A stretch of DNA of 64,000 bases. Origin: Paraspadella gotoi (lineage: Eukaryota > Animalia > Chaetognatha). The stretch is from assembly GCA_051294375.1 (NCBI GenBank), contig CM119264.1:9422764-9486763 (forward strand), given 5' to 3'. The notes under the pieces are model-generated. The model was given only the letters and a program-made list of their open reading frames with translations. It was not told where the DNA came from and did not search any database. Below are positions 1 to 14,186 of the stretch, in pieces. The translations under genes and the position numbers were made by a program. The stretch's first letter is position 1, and every line of letters begins with the position of its first letter.

Positions 1-980
1 CAGGGCAATGACTGGGAAACAATATAACAAAAACGCTTATGAATAAGAATAATGACGGTAAAAAATCACTATATTTTAGTATTTTTATTTTTATACTGTT
101 TATTCTCATACTATAATCGCTTCATTTACCCATGTTGAAATAAATATTGAGTCCTTCGCCGCTAATGGGTCAAAATTCGGGAAAACAAGTTATCGAATTC
201 GATGGACGGTGTGATGTTGAGTGAACGAAGCACAGTCAGAGGGCTCAATGGACTTGTGGAACAATTGTTGGATTAGCTTTTTCTTTTACAGGAGAGCTTC
301 TATAAAAGAGTTTTATAGATGCTGACGATCTCGCCGCGGTGCTCTGGTAAGAATTGGAAAGGCGCTGAAGACTCGTGATTCAGTTATACACCTAAATAAG
401 CTCGTCTCCGTCTCCACCTCCAAGCGTAAGTCAATAGATAATGTGCTCACGACGTGGTACAGACAGCGAAGATGGATAAAACAGATTCTGTTGTGAAACA
501 GTGTCTGGAATATCCTTTCGGACCAGACCCGCGGTTAGGTAAACACTCACGACATCCTCCGGTGCGTTTGGTTTAACCTGTTCTCATTATAAATTGCACC
601 AGAAGAGTGAAAAGGATTTAGACATTTAACTAATCTTTTTGATGTATAGATAAAAATGTTCCTCATACTCTCCTTTTACTTTCTCGGTGGACTTTTTGTG
701 CTTGTTTTGGTTAGTTATTTTTTTTCCATGCTGATAATATATCAATGTGTTCTCTCGCCGTCCCTTTTTTTGTTGTGTATGTTCCAGACTGTGAAATTAT
801 AGCGTTTTGAATGAGATTTCGGTAATGTATAGCGTAGCAGACGTAAGGTTTATAATCGGTCCCAGGAATCTCGCGTCTACTTACGTGCTTTCACTTTCGT
901 TGCACTCCTCTCTGTAATATCTTTTCAGCTCAGATTTACATTTTATATATATACACTATGTGTTGTTTGTTTCTTTTCAG

Positions 981-1550
981 GAGCGCGGATATTTCAGACT
1001 ATGCTGACGAGAAAAGGTCTAAGAGATGTCAACCTATATCGAAAGAACTTAAAATTTGTAAACTTTGTTTCATGACTTCAAAGGAGAGAGAGAAGAAAAG
1101 AGGAGGGATATCGGAGAATTAATTAAGAACCATGGTAGAAATGAAAGAGACTCTCGGTGAGTGGAAATCCGACTGATCGACTATTATTTTCTTTAGAACT
1201 TTTGTGGTATTGGAAAAATGGGATAGTGTTCCTCTATGTGTGGGGCTATTCTGCATATTGTTTGGCCAAAGTTCTGGTGTTTCGTTTTGATATTTTCGCG
1301 AGGTGAAATGTTGAAGAGTTAATTAAAGAAAAAAAGAAAACATTGTTATTCGAAAAAGAAACCGTTTCTTCGATGATGATGAAGTGTAAATGCTTGCAAG
1401 ACCCGTGTATGAATACTTATAAAACGAAGAAACTATTGCCATTTGGAAAAGACAGAATTTTATAAGTGAAAATAAGGACTGAATTAAGCTCAACCAAAAC
1501 CTAGATAAAATGAACAAAGGCGCGAGGCAGTAGTTCGCCAATTATTAGTT
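981..1550 (+). pseudogene. Fragmentary spliced gene or noisy exons; one segment has PHD-like Cys/His spacing
   Basis: AG/GT-bounded GC-richer segments (ttttcag|gagcgc at 981; ctttag|aac...cgag|gt near 1197-1301). The latter reads FCGIGKMG*CSSMCGAILHIV. Stops and frameshifts present. Confidence 0.2.
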
Positions 1551-1739
1551 GTCTCGCCCTGAGTGTGTAACCTTTATATTACAATTATCTGAATGGTGAA
1601 AAAATGCTGCTCTGCCATATCAAGTTTATTATGTATATGACTGTTATATATGTAATAATCTCTAGCTCGCACTTTTAATTTGAAAACTATATTCTTTTTC
1701 ACCATAGTAGTTTTATAGAGGAATGTGATAGGTGGAATG

Positions 1740-4700
1740 TCATATTTCTTGATAGTGGATCCCAGAGAAACGTATGTAATGACTCATTTTGGACAATTTA
1801 CAGAATTCGTGTTTCTCAACGAAGATCTATCTAACTCGGCCATTGCTATACTGAATTTTTTCTCTCTTAACTCAAAATAAAATATTATTTACTTAATTAA
1901 AATAATTATACAAGATAAAGGTAAGTCAAACAGTTCATCAGAGCTTCAGCGCCGACGAGATTTATAATGGAGACTAGGCGAATCACATAGTCACGGACAA
2001 AATTACTCATTTATTAATTTCTCTTAAAATCGCAGACGTTCGAAACTAAACAAATCTACATGACAAAATATTTCTAGAGGTTCTAACACTTATATAAAAT
2101 AGTATCTCTAGTCAATGTGCTAATTCTGGGCGGAGGCCTTATTGAAAATGAGGATATTCAATTTCAAGTTTTTTATTCAATTTCACCTGGCTACCGATAA
2201 TACACTGTGTATTCCTCTCTCTACATAGAATATATTCAAATTTACATTCCTCGCATACAAACTAATTGGCTCTAATACCTCCGTAGACACTAATACAGGA
2301 TTCTTTAGTGGCTATTATCTCCGAGACTCTCTGTATCTCTGGTTTATCAGTAAAGTCGAGCTACAAATGCTCATTTCTAAACCTCGTGTTAACATGTTTT
2401 CCCCTCTGAACTTATTTGGGATATAAATCATAAAAGATATATTAAGAAGTAGAAAGGAAAATGCATTTTATGTCCTCACTAGACGAGAGTAATAAATTTA
2501 GACTAGGTGTGAGATAAGTGCCAAAATTCTCACATTCAAATTATAAATCCCTTAACCGACGAAAAATATCAATTATATAGAATTAAAATGATTAACTTAA
2601 AAGCAATCAGAGCTCCTCTTTGGAATTCTCGTGTGAAATGCCTTTAATTTAATTCGTTATGGTACATTAAGTTCCATAAACGGGACAATAAAAATATCAT
2701 TTCTTTTTATTTTTAATGATAAAAAAAATTTGAAAAAATTTAAATAAAACTCTCTTACTTATCATTTTAACAGAATTATCAAAGTTTACTGTACACAATA
2801 TATTTGGAGTTATATGAGTCTTTGATTTCAATTATTTGGTTCAATCATGCTAATATATTTTAATTTTGGATTCAGTTATCACAATTTAATAAAATTTAAC
2901 TTTTTAGCTCCACATGATAAGCCGATTCCCCCTGCTCCACACTCCATGGCAATTCTTACAACATTTTTTCCAAGCGACTTGTGTCCTGTCCGTTTTAAGA
3001 ATATCTCGCAGGTGTCAAGGGTGATCGGATTGCCTTTCTTCCCCCTTTCAACTTCTTGGGAATTCTTCAAAAGATTCTGATAATACTGAACATACATGTT
3101 AATCAAATTTTATATATTTATTATGATTAATTACACATATAAATAATCTGTATAGTTTTGACCATTTTTTCTCTACAAACTTAGAGAAGGGTCTACTATG
3201 TGAGTAACAATAATGAGTGAATAATATATTATTTTTATCAATTATATACAGTGAAAATTTTACAAGTTGCGTTCAACCCATGTTTCTAATTCGTTCTAAC
3301 AGATCTCATCACGAAACCCAGGGTTCCGGTCTTGATCAGTTCCGATACAAAGATTAGTATACACGTTGCCAATTCATCTCATGCTAAATAATCTTTCGCC
3401 AATGTATTATCTATGCAACTGTATTTCTGGCAACAGTTTAATACAGTATTTTTTTTGTTAACACATTTTTTAATTACAATAAATTGTATTCCTTATAAAT
3501 AAGTTGCTCAACACCAACAACATTTGTTGTGAGAGAATTTTTTCAATTTGTTCGATAATACAATTAAAGTTCTAGTCAGAATAATAAACACAAAAATTTA
3601 TTAGTCCACATTTTTAGGTAAATGGTTATATAATTTCTCCATACAAAAAGAAGACAATCTTGGTTATCCACCATGGCCTCGTCATTTGCAGAATGATATG
3701 CAGATCTGGCCAAACGGGTAAGAGGCGCAGTCCGCAGAGCGGGGCATGGCACGGCTTGGGTCTAAATTGTTTCTCATCTTGTCAAACCTCAATTTGCATG
3801 AGACCTCTCGGATAGACTTTGAACGAATTGAGATTGATCTCTCCATGGGAATACTCTGGTAATTCTCCAGTAGACTTAGGAGAATGGCACTTGACTAATG
3901 AGATTCGTATGCTTATCTTGTTAGGCAAGCTATTTCCATTTTTATCTTTAACAACTTTTCTTTTTTTTTTTTTTATGATCGAATTACCTGTGTTGGATTT
4001 TGTGACCGCTCATGGCGCGGGATGTTTTTGTTTTCATGGATGTTGCTTACCTCAAAATGATCGAATTGAATATTCCATCTGCAGACATACAACATAGGAG
4101 TATAACTTGTGATTCCTGCGATCATCAGGTTTGCTGTCCAACGATAAAGCTGCATGTAGCCCATCTCCGCGTGTGATATACTGATCGATTGGTAAGACGA
4201 CTTGCTCTTGGGTGACGCAGGACATTGCTCATGTTTCCCCCATAGGATAAAGCAAAGCTTTCATTGCTTATCTGTGTAACTTCCTCTCTTTTCCTCGCGG
4301 AAAATAATTTCAATTTTTTCACTCACCATCAGGCGCTCGCTGTGATTTCTCAAGATTTCTCGACGAAGACATAATAATATTAGTCTCTGTCATACTCGCG
4401 CTACTTCCTTGGCTTTAAATTGGCTACTCCCATCCATCTCTGCGATCATATCTTCCTCGCAGTCTGATGCGCCTTGATAAGCTACATTAGCTTTTCTGCA
4501 GAGGCTTGAACAATTGAGACTGTCAATGCGCGTAAATGACAGACCTTGTTCCACTTCATGTGATTTCCCTAAGGGGGGCTTTTTTTTTACTCTGGGGGTC
4601 CGGTCGGAATCTAGAGGAACCGCCCTTGTCACTCACTACTGTGTTAGAGCACTAATGTAGAAGAGATGGAATAGCTCCTTTTGTCTAAATTCCTTTCTAT

Positions 4701-5860
4701 ACTATTAGACTTGTCGGATTCCCAGTCATCTGATGAAGCACTGTCTACTTGCACGACTGCTGACGGAGGTGTGTGGCCGGTATCAGTGCAATTCATTTGC
4801 CGGGCAACAATGCGTCCACCTCCGTGTCATCCATATTCGGCGTGGGTTCTTGTCTGGACCATTTTCACTGCGAAGAATACATTAAGCTTTGACATTATAG
4901 TATGGTCCTCTTTCTTGCTTCCAAAAATTGGACTACAATTCATCGAAATACTTTCCATATATTCAGAAGTCCCGATTCAGCGTAACTCTTCTCTCTGGCA
5001 TTGAGAAAAGGCAGAGTTCTGATGGTATTTGTAGCGTCATGCAAGAAGTTGATGCTTTTTGCAAAAAAGTTTGACGAAACAAATCAGATGAAAAAATTTG
5101 ATGACGGTTTGACGCATAACTGGTGCGAGTAATAAAATTTGAATCAGTTTGTTTTTCTTGACCCGTTTCCGAAAAATCGTTTCCATGTTATTGTGATAGA
5201 TGATCCATAATTTGATCGGCGTCAGCCGACATCATTACTGACGAGACTTCGGAACCGCGCTCTGCCCTCATGCATCCTTCTTTCCCTTTTGGCATTCTTT
5301 CATTGGCAGGCTTCAAATTCCTTTGGTGTTTTACTTCTTTGGGGTGTTTGGGACAGGGCCGACGTATAGGATGCTGAACCCTCACATTCGCGCCAAAATA
5401 AAACCATGCGTTTTTACTTTTGTATTGATCCAAATCTTCATCTTCTTTCAGGCTAGTAATTACATACCGATGTGGCAGGTGAGGATAGCTCATATAGAGA
5501 TGAAATCTGAGAAAACGTCTGGTTCGTACTTTGAGTTCTATTTCGCCAACGATTCTCGATCCAGACGTTACCTCCGCCACCGTTCCGCCCATATGCCACG
5601 CCCACAACGGCCACCCCTGAAACGCTGCTTTGCGCTCTGCGCCCTCCAAATCTTCGATAGTTGGAGACGTCCATCTGCTCCTGTTACGATTTGCAAATCG
5701 ACGCGCAATTGGACTGGGTTCGCGCCTTCGTCGGGACTGCGATTGGTTTCAAGGCTATTTGGTGCGTGCCTGCCACATCGGGCTAAAGTCTCTTCCACTT
5801 TCCGATGATTAAGCATCTATCCACGGACCCGCATTGGCAACATTTTTTATCTTCAAGTTT
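1740..5860 (-). mobile_element. Possible degraded KDZ/CxC-type (HMGXB3-like) DNA transposase locus, heavily frameshifted
   Basis: Minus-strand fragments occur in the order expected for KDZ-type transposases, but need frameshifts: Cys/His segments (ECEG..., RPCPKHP near 5340-5400), 'DGIFN' near 4065-4080, a SAP-like 'KNVVRIAMECG' near 2935-2970, C-x-H-like and E-S-x-(R/G)-D-like remnants near 2320-2400, and an NS..AE-like remnant near 1835-1857. No intact ORF; pattern recognition only. Confidence 0.3.
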
Positions 5861-6381
5861 ATCAAGATAAAATCGCAAATAAAATTGGTGTTTTCGTTCC
5901 CTCGCCCCAATGTAGCTTGTCATTTACATAAGAAAAGACCGTAAACTATTAAATTGTCTCCCATAACCATTTCGTCTTTCATTTTTTTTCCGTTTTTTGA
6001 ATATACCTAAGAGCAGACTATTTGAAAATTAGGGAACAGGTGACCTCTCAGGACAAAAAAATCGTGCACATATACGGCGTCATATAGTGAGAGAGATAAA
6101 TTGTCCGCATAATAGGTCTAAGGTTATCATCAGAAGGTGATCCACAATCAATTGCGATTTTTTCGTTACGCAAATGGAACTCACATTGGGAAAAACATGC
6201 CAATCTCTTGCTTTTGGTAATGATGTGCATGACTCTTTTCTGCAGGAAAGCTCTATTACGTGTCGTCTGCGAGGCCGGTGAACGGGTAAGGAAGTAGAGC
6301 GGGGAAGGGGAAAATATGACCGGGCGGGAAGTGGCGAGGGCGGAAAAAAACGAATGNNNNNNNNNNNNNNNNNNNNNNNNN

Positions 6382-8123
6382 TTACATACGTATCTCTTTC
6401 TCTCTCTTTCTCTCTCCCTTCTCTCTTGCCCTCTCTCTCTCTCTCTCTTCCTCTCTACTCTCTCTTCTCCTCTCTCTCTCTCCTCTCTCTCTTCTCTCTC
6501 TCTCTCTCCCTAGCCCTACTCTTCCTCCTCCCTCTCTTTCTCTCCTTTTCCGACGTTAATACTTTAGCTGATGTTTTTTCTTTTTTTTTCAGATTGTTTC
6601 CCAAGTTGCTTACAGTTTTTTCAGGTGGCCTTCTGTAAGATGCAGAGAGGAGGACGAAAGTGAAATTGCCACCTGTAGTATAATAAAAAAAAAGATTTAA
6701 AAAATATTCATATGAGGAGGAATAAAAACGGGAAAACGAAAGAAAGGAAAAATGGATCGTAAATAAAGAAACAAACAAAAAAAAACAGAAAAAAACACAA
6801 CAAACGCAGAAGAAAAAAAGAATTAAAGAAGAAAGTTTAACAAAAATGAAATAGAAACAAATAGAATAAGATAAATAGAAAGATAAATGAAAAGGTAAAA
6901 AGAAAGGATATTAAGAGGCGGGTTAAGTAAATAATTATAGTTTGCTTCGAAGTATAAAATGCGTAAGAATAAAACACAAAAAAGACAACTAAAAGCCAAA
7001 AATAGCCCTGAGAAAAAGGAAACACCAAAGGAATATGAATAGAAGGGTGGAAAAAAAGTTAAGCGGAGGGCGATAGGGCCTGATCCTTTTCTCGCTCAAA
7101 CTGGTACCTCCCTCTCTTCCACCTCATTGCCACTTTTGTTTTTTACGTTATACCCCCCCCCATTCTTCCATCGCACGTTAAAAGAAATGGGAATGCACGC
7201 CCACCCTGTTCTTCGCAGTCAATACCCTTCCCTCTCCGGATGCCAGCGCTCTCGTTCTTCCTCTCACTCCCCTCCCCTCCCGCCCCTTCCTCCTCCCACT
7301 CGGGCTCCCAAGCCTCCCGGTCTTTCCTCCTCCACCCGGACTCGTGAGAGGTCATGCTACTACCCCGTCTCTCTCCAAGTCTTCCTCCGTCTCCTCGCGG
7401 TTCTCCCCTCTGCGATGGACCGTCCGTCGAAAGCGCGAGTCGTGAAAGGAGAGAGGGGAAGAACCGGAGCGAGGAGGGTTAGGGGAGGGAGGGAGGATGT
7501 GAGGGAGGAGAAGGAGAAGGCGGGGAGAGCGAAAAGAGGAAGAGGGGGGGGAAGAGAGGAAAGCGTGAGATGGGTAAGAGAAGAAAGCGGGAAGGAGGAG
7601 TGCAAGGAGATGAGAGAGGATGAGAGGGAAGAGCGGGGAGGAAGGCGAGAAGGGAGGAGAAGGCGGTGAGGAGGGAGAGGGGAGAGGACGAAGAGGGAGA
7701 TAGGAGAGGAAGAGAGAGGGAGGCGGTACGAGAGACTGGAAGGGCAAAAGTGTGGGAAGGGGAAGAGTAGCGAAAGGAAGAACTAGAAAGAAAGGAAGAA
7801 AAAAAAAAGAAACGGGTAGAGCATGAATGAGAGTAACGTAAAAAGAAAGTAGAGATAAAAGAAAAGATAAAGAATGAATAAAAAATATATTGAAAGAAGA
7901 AATGAAAGAAAGAAATAAAGAAAGAAAGAATAAAAAGAAGACAAGAAAGAGAGAAAAGAAAGAAAGAAAGATAAAGAAAGAAAGAAAGGAAAGAGAGAAC
8001 ATAAAGGAAAAGGAGCCAGCCTCCAGACCAAATGAGCAGGAAAGAAGTGGAAAAGGAGACGAGCCGAAGGATGCTGAAGAATGAAAGACGCATTGCTGGA
8101 GGAAAGACAAATGCGGCTGCCAG

Positions 8124-8156
<33 letters not shown>

Positions 8157-8200
8157 CGAGAGAGAGAGGAGAGAGAGAGACGAGAGAGAGAGGAGAGAGA
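6382..8200. repeat. Low-complexity (TC)n/(GA)n and purine-rich tracts
   Basis: Directly visible; source of the spurious ER/SL/F-rich ORFs. Confidence 0.9.
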
Positions 8201-9245
8201 GGGGGAAAAGATTATGGAGAGAAGCCGAAGATTGAATTAACCTCGCAGTGAGAGTAGTTTCAGGTTACGGAACGAAGAATGGATTTTTCAAATCTGTCTT
8301 AATGGAAACCAAAAAAAAAATTGACAAAAATATTGGAAATTTTAATTAAATGAAATGTGAGACGTATGTAATTACGATATGAAAAATTTTGACCCTAATT
8401 AGAAAAAAAAATTATTGGATTTTGTTTCTTAAAAAACCGCTATACAACTTTTCAAATATTTTTTTTATTCCTGATTATATATAATACAGCGCCAAAAATG
8501 TATATCATCAAACAGAATTTTGTTTGTCTTGATTTCGAAAAAAAAAAAAACAAAACTTGATGAGTACAATCGTCGCCGATTTCGATTTGTTTATCGTCGT
8601 TGTTGTTGTTGTTGTTCCAACGTTAACGAGACAAATTTTTGTTACACGGATTTCAAGTGAAATGAAATGAAGGGATCAAATTCTGTGGCTAAATTATTTG
8701 TTGGTGAAAATATCATTGACATTCTTTTATTTTTCCAACTCCCAGAGTTTGTTTTCTTTCTTAGTTATATGTGCTCATCAATGGCATGGTCGAATTTCAA
8801 AAACGCAAAATTTTAGCATTTGAAAAGGACCTTCCTGATATATTTTTAATGAATAAAAATGAAATTTCGGTTCATTTACAAATATAGACATTGGAGTATG
8901 TGTCTGAGCAATTTGAATGTGAAAAGCTTTTTTAATTTTATAGTTTTTCTAGTTAAAACTTTAAAAAAAAAATACTAATAAGTTTTTTTTTGCATGCTCC
9001 CAAGATATTATTCTAACTAATGAATGTAAAAGAATTTAAAATATTCGTTTAAAATTGAACTATCAAATAAGAGGGAAAATGTTGCAAAAAAAGCTGCTAA
9101 AAGGCAAGCGCACCAGTTGCTATGATATAAAGTATTATCAATTTGCTTTATAGGAACATAAATAGTCAGTCAGGAAAGAGTTATAAAAATTCTTTTTCAA
9201 TGTTAACGTCACCATTTGAAAATCCGGCTATCAGAACGAGAGAGA

Positions 9246-9341
<96 letters not shown>

Positions 9342-10333
9342 CCTGAGCGTAAAAGAGAACAAGTACCGAATTCAGGGGTGTGATGTGAGACGAAGCAAGT
9401 CGAGGCAGGTGAAAAGTGATTAGTTTCTAAAGGAGAGTTTTAAATTTAAACTGACGACAGTAACTGGTTGTTAAAGCGCGACAACCAAACGTTTTCAAGT
9501 AAGTTAAATGTCTCCGTTAAACAGCGAATGAGTGAACGTGTGATTTAAGGTTAGGTAAAACGACATAGTCGGTATTTTAAAATGGCACCAAAATAAAATT
9601 GACATTCTATTTGTGATTTTAAAATATACTTTTATTTGTTTTTGTTGTTGTTGTTTTTTTTTGTATCAAATGCTTCGTCGTCCTTTTTTTTCCAGATGTG
9701 AATTATCGTTTTTTAATATTCGAATGTTACTCACGTAGGTTTAAATCTAGATCTCGCGCCTTCTCTTTCACTTTTTGCATATTTTATATCTTTTCCCTCA
9801 GTTACCTTTTTTATCCTTTTTTTTTCTTTTCGCGAATATTTCGACTTGTGACGAGAATCTAGATGTCACCTTCGATAAATTTCTTTTTTTTTTCTGTTCA
9901 GGAAAAAAAAAGGGAATCAGAGAAAAAGAAAAGTGAATGAAAGTCGAAGACGATAACATTTTTTGAATGGAATGGAAAGGGAAGTTTAGTGAGCGGTGTC
10001 GTGCAATGTTGGGTTTTAGAAAAAGCAAACATTTTTCGTGAATGGCAACAGTTATGTTTAAAAGAATGATTGGGGTGAAATAACAACGCCAAAAAATTAA
10101 ATGAATTTGAAAAAATAAAATGAAAACTGTAATGTGCATATTTCGGTCTTATAACTTTAAATTTAGTAAATATCTACGTTATTTTTTATAAGAGTTTTCT
10201 CGTGAAAGTTAAACAAATTTGCATCGCTGGAAATAACGGAATAGAAAAAAACGGAAAAAAATAAAATATAGTCGATTAGATTTAAGTTAAGGAAACGTGA
10301 GTTGAGCACCATCTTTACAACTAACATTTTTCT

Positions 10334-10560
10334 GGCTCTCTTTCACAAACCGCCCCATTTCTCTTTCTTAATCCCTCGACTTTATTTTATCTCTAACTTT
10401 TAAATCTAATCTGTTACCAAACCTTTAACCCTAACCCTAAAACCAAAAACATAATCCCCAATCTCCCACTCTAACCTTTTACCATAAACCCTAGTGCTTA
10501 ATTAATTTTTAAACTTAAATTTAATTTAAAATTAAATTGGGCGCTTTGGAAAAATAGGCC
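10334..10560. mobile_element. Degenerate small MITE-like element with internal telomere-like TAACCC units
   Basis: Left end ggctctctttcacaaaccgccccattt resembles the reverse complement of right end aaattgggcgctttggaaaaataggcc; internal taaccctaaccctaa near 10426-10440. Confidence 0.4.
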
Positions 10561-11280
10561 CCTTCTCCTTTCATCGCGTTGATAAGCGAAATAAAAATAA
10601 AGATTAATAATAAAAAATATATATATATATATTCTTTTTTAAATAAAAAATAATTTCTGAATACAAGTGCCCTTTATGAACAAGAAAAAAATAAAGAGTC
10701 GACAATTACAATTCGTTTATTAGTCAGTGCTCCTCCTTTATACAAATATGAGTAAAACAATTCGGTCTAAAATTTATAAGTCAGAATTACTTTTGAAAAA
10801 TTATTTACAACCAAAATTATCCGTCGAATAAACTCTCTCGCCCTTCGTTTTAGACAGGCGCCGGTTAAGGCCTCCATTTCTCTTTTATTTTTTCGATAAC
10901 AATAGGAATTAAAGAAAAAGAAGGAATATCGGTTTTTTAGCGAACATTTTTTGAACAACGTTGATATCATATAACGGAAGGGGATTAAAAAAGAGATTTT
11001 TTATAGAAAGAGGAAATAGTCAGAGAGAGAGAGAAGAGAGGAGAGAGAGAAGGAGAGAGAAGAGAGAGAAGAGAGATAAGGAGAAAAGTTAGGGGAAGGG
11101 GGGACCCCGGCCCCACGGATGGTTGAGAATAGTTTGAAAAGTTCGGATTTCTCGTTTTATCTTTATTCCTAATTCCACGCCCTGTCATTCGGTTGAGAAA
11201 AAATATATTTATATATTTTTTTGGTTAGCGCTAGAAAAAATAAAATTTGTTAAATTTGTTAAATCCAGTTTATTTTAATT

Positions 11281-11507
11281 TTTAATCCACTAAATGAAAT
11301 AATTTTTAACAATGATTTATATTTTATTTTATCAACTTTTAACGAGGAATTTAAATCTCAATCAAAATTTTAAAAAACCTATTTTGAAATTTTTCGATTT
11401 TATGAGGAAAAAAAGATACAATTATTTTTTTTACAAATTAATGTTCACTGATGGTATGGTGTTCATAATTGACTTTAAGAATTTTCGTACGTAACTTTCA
11501 CTACGCT
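11281..11507 (+). repeat. Partial copy (right arm) of the foldback element at 26726-27340
   Basis: Sequence tttaatccactaaatgaaat...gtaactttcactacgc closely matches about 27073-27337. Confidence 0.8.
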
Positions 11508-12563
11508 CTATTGCATAACATTCACCGCCATCTCGACGCGAACCCGTCGCGAACCCGTTACCTCGAAGTACCAACTCCGCTTGGCTCCAACGTCGCCAAC
11601 GCCTCCACGCAGACCTCCCCGAGTTTTATCTCCCACTTTATTATTCTACCGTGACCCCGCGACACGTAGGCGGCCCGCCCTGCCGCTCCGCCGTCTCCGA
11701 AGGTGCGGCGCTTCGCACGCGCGTTCGGTATATCCTCTGGGAGGGAGGTCGCGTCGCGAGGGAAGCCGGAAGTGAGCGTAAAGAGCGACAGAAGCGACTG
11801 AAGCGTGGTATCGGCATTTCCGATCGAGTTGTTTCGTGACGGGCGCGGGGGATGACGGAGGGGAGTGGTTGTCGTATTCCTTGGTAGTTTCTTATTATAA
11901 ACTGATATATTACAGATTTAAACTTGAAGGAATGGCAACAGCCGGGTTGCCTGTGATGCCCATTGGGATGGAGCATCTCACTGTTGGCTTTGGGTGCTTC
12001 CGACCCTCAGTGACGCCTCCTGTCACTGGCGCGGTTACCCCACGCCGGTCTCGCTTTGCCAACGCAGAGGGAAGTCATTAGGACTGTGGATGGAACGCCT
12101 GGGTTGGTGCCTTCCCCCTCTGAGCCAATGGGATTGGCTGATGGATGTGAGGAATAATTTCAATTTTCTTTTTCAAAGTACAAACGTAAAAGAAGACCAT
12201 GTACCAACACAGCCGATTGAACGAAGGTTTTTACACTCGGCTGAAGCCGTCAGTTCAAACCCATTGCTTCTAATCCCTGCTTCTGCAAATTCTCCGATGA
12301 CTTTATGTAATGTGAGCGCGAAACGATTAAAATCTACCGAGAATCTTGATTGCGAAACATAGAGATGTTAATTGAGATGTTGTGGGAGGGAGAGAGAGAG
12401 AGAGAAAGTGCGAGAGACAGTAACAGAAAGAGACAGAGAGAGAAAGAAAGAGAGAGAGGAAGACAACCAGGTGAATAAAGGCAAAAAGATTAAATGAATG
12501 AGATCACAAAAGGTCAATCAAAAAAGAAGGGCCTCTGAAACTGCTACCAAATTTTTGCTCTAA

Positions 12564-12626
<63 letters not shown>

Positions 12627-13490
12627 CTCACTGGATGATATCGAACATCAACGTGAACCACGTGTCGCCGTCCGCAGACTGGGGATGAGTTTTGGCCTCG
12701 GGGAGAGAAATGATAACACATTTCCTGATGGCTCCGGGTCAGAAGTTGAGGAGGTCAGAAGGAGGCGACGGTCGCAGGTCAAAACGGCGAGAGGCGGCAA
12801 GAGTGAAAGGGCAAAAAAAGGAAAAAAGGAGGGAAAGACTCTGGACGGAGCCAGGTGAAGTGAACCAGGCGTGAAAGGTGTGAAAAGAAAAAAAAAACAT
12901 GATTACTGTACGAGAACAGTCAAAGATTGGAAATGGAATGTGCAAACAATCAAACATACAAACCTAATATTAAAATATAAAAATCATTCATAATGATTAT
13001 GGTAGAAAAGCTAAAAGAGATAAAAGCAGGAAAAGGTAAATAAATAAGCAGAGTAGTAAAAACGGACAAAAGTGTAGAAATGTAGTAGGAAAAGGCCTAA
13101 AACTGTTGATTACAAAAACAAAGAATTTAAAAAAAACAAACTAAGAAAGCAAAGAAGAAGAACAAAAGAAGTGAAAAAGCGGATTAATGATAAAAGAAAA
13201 AAAGAAGAAAACCGCGAAGTGGAAAAACAAAGAAGAGGAAAAGTGGAAAAAGCGGAAAATTGCAAAAGCGAATGGGCGGAAAAGCTCCTTCCGAGCTTTG
13301 TTGGTAGAATTCCACATTCGACTCACGAAATCCCCGCTTCTTTCCCAATTTCAACTACGAATTTTTAACTTGGGCGTTTAGGAATTTTTATTTCTTTTTA
13401 TGATTATTAAATCGAGGATTTATTCGCCAACTCTTTTTCACTTTATCTCTCTGCCTATATTTTTTTCAATAATTCGAATCCGTTTGTTTG

Positions 13491-13595
<105 letters not shown>

Positions 13596-14127
13596 AAAAA
13601 ATTGGCAGAGCGTCAAAGAGCATGTCCCTGCTCACATCTATTTTAAGAGGCAACATTTACTTTTTATAGCTCATTTAATTAGTTTTATGATATGCGATAT
13701 TTTTCAGACACAATACTTCTCTTTTAATTAAACGCATTGTTCGATGTCGATGACATTTAAAAGATTTTCAAAGTTGGCGCCAGTGATGTGATTGAAGATC
13801 GAAACTCTTGATAAATTCGAAATGTGACTGTCTGAGTAGCGCGATGTATTACCAGGTCTCCTGGCTGGAATTTGTCATCTTTTTAAATCCTGGTGTCAAG
13901 TAACCATCGAACCGTGTCGAATCGTGTCAAACCGTCACAATTTATCATTTTATTATTTTTTCTCCAGCAATTTTTTTCTTTCATTTTTTCCTCTTCGTCA
14001 TCGTTGTTGTTGTTGTTGTCGTCGTCCTCTTCGCTGTCTTCTTGATCGACGTCGACTTTATTTTTAGAATTCGTCGATAGATAGTCACCACTTATCCTTT
14101 AAATTATTTCTTTTTTATTTTAGTTGC

Positions 14128-14186
<59 letters not shown>

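Noticed and set aside
6316-9346. Long ORFs rich in ER/RE, SL or F (e.g. 7352-8110, 7479-8093)
   Set aside because: Translations of (GA)n/(TC)n and purine tracts; no coding signature.
10420-10495. Telomere or interstitial telomeric array
   Set aside because: Only two to three TAACCC units, inside a small inverted-repeat element.
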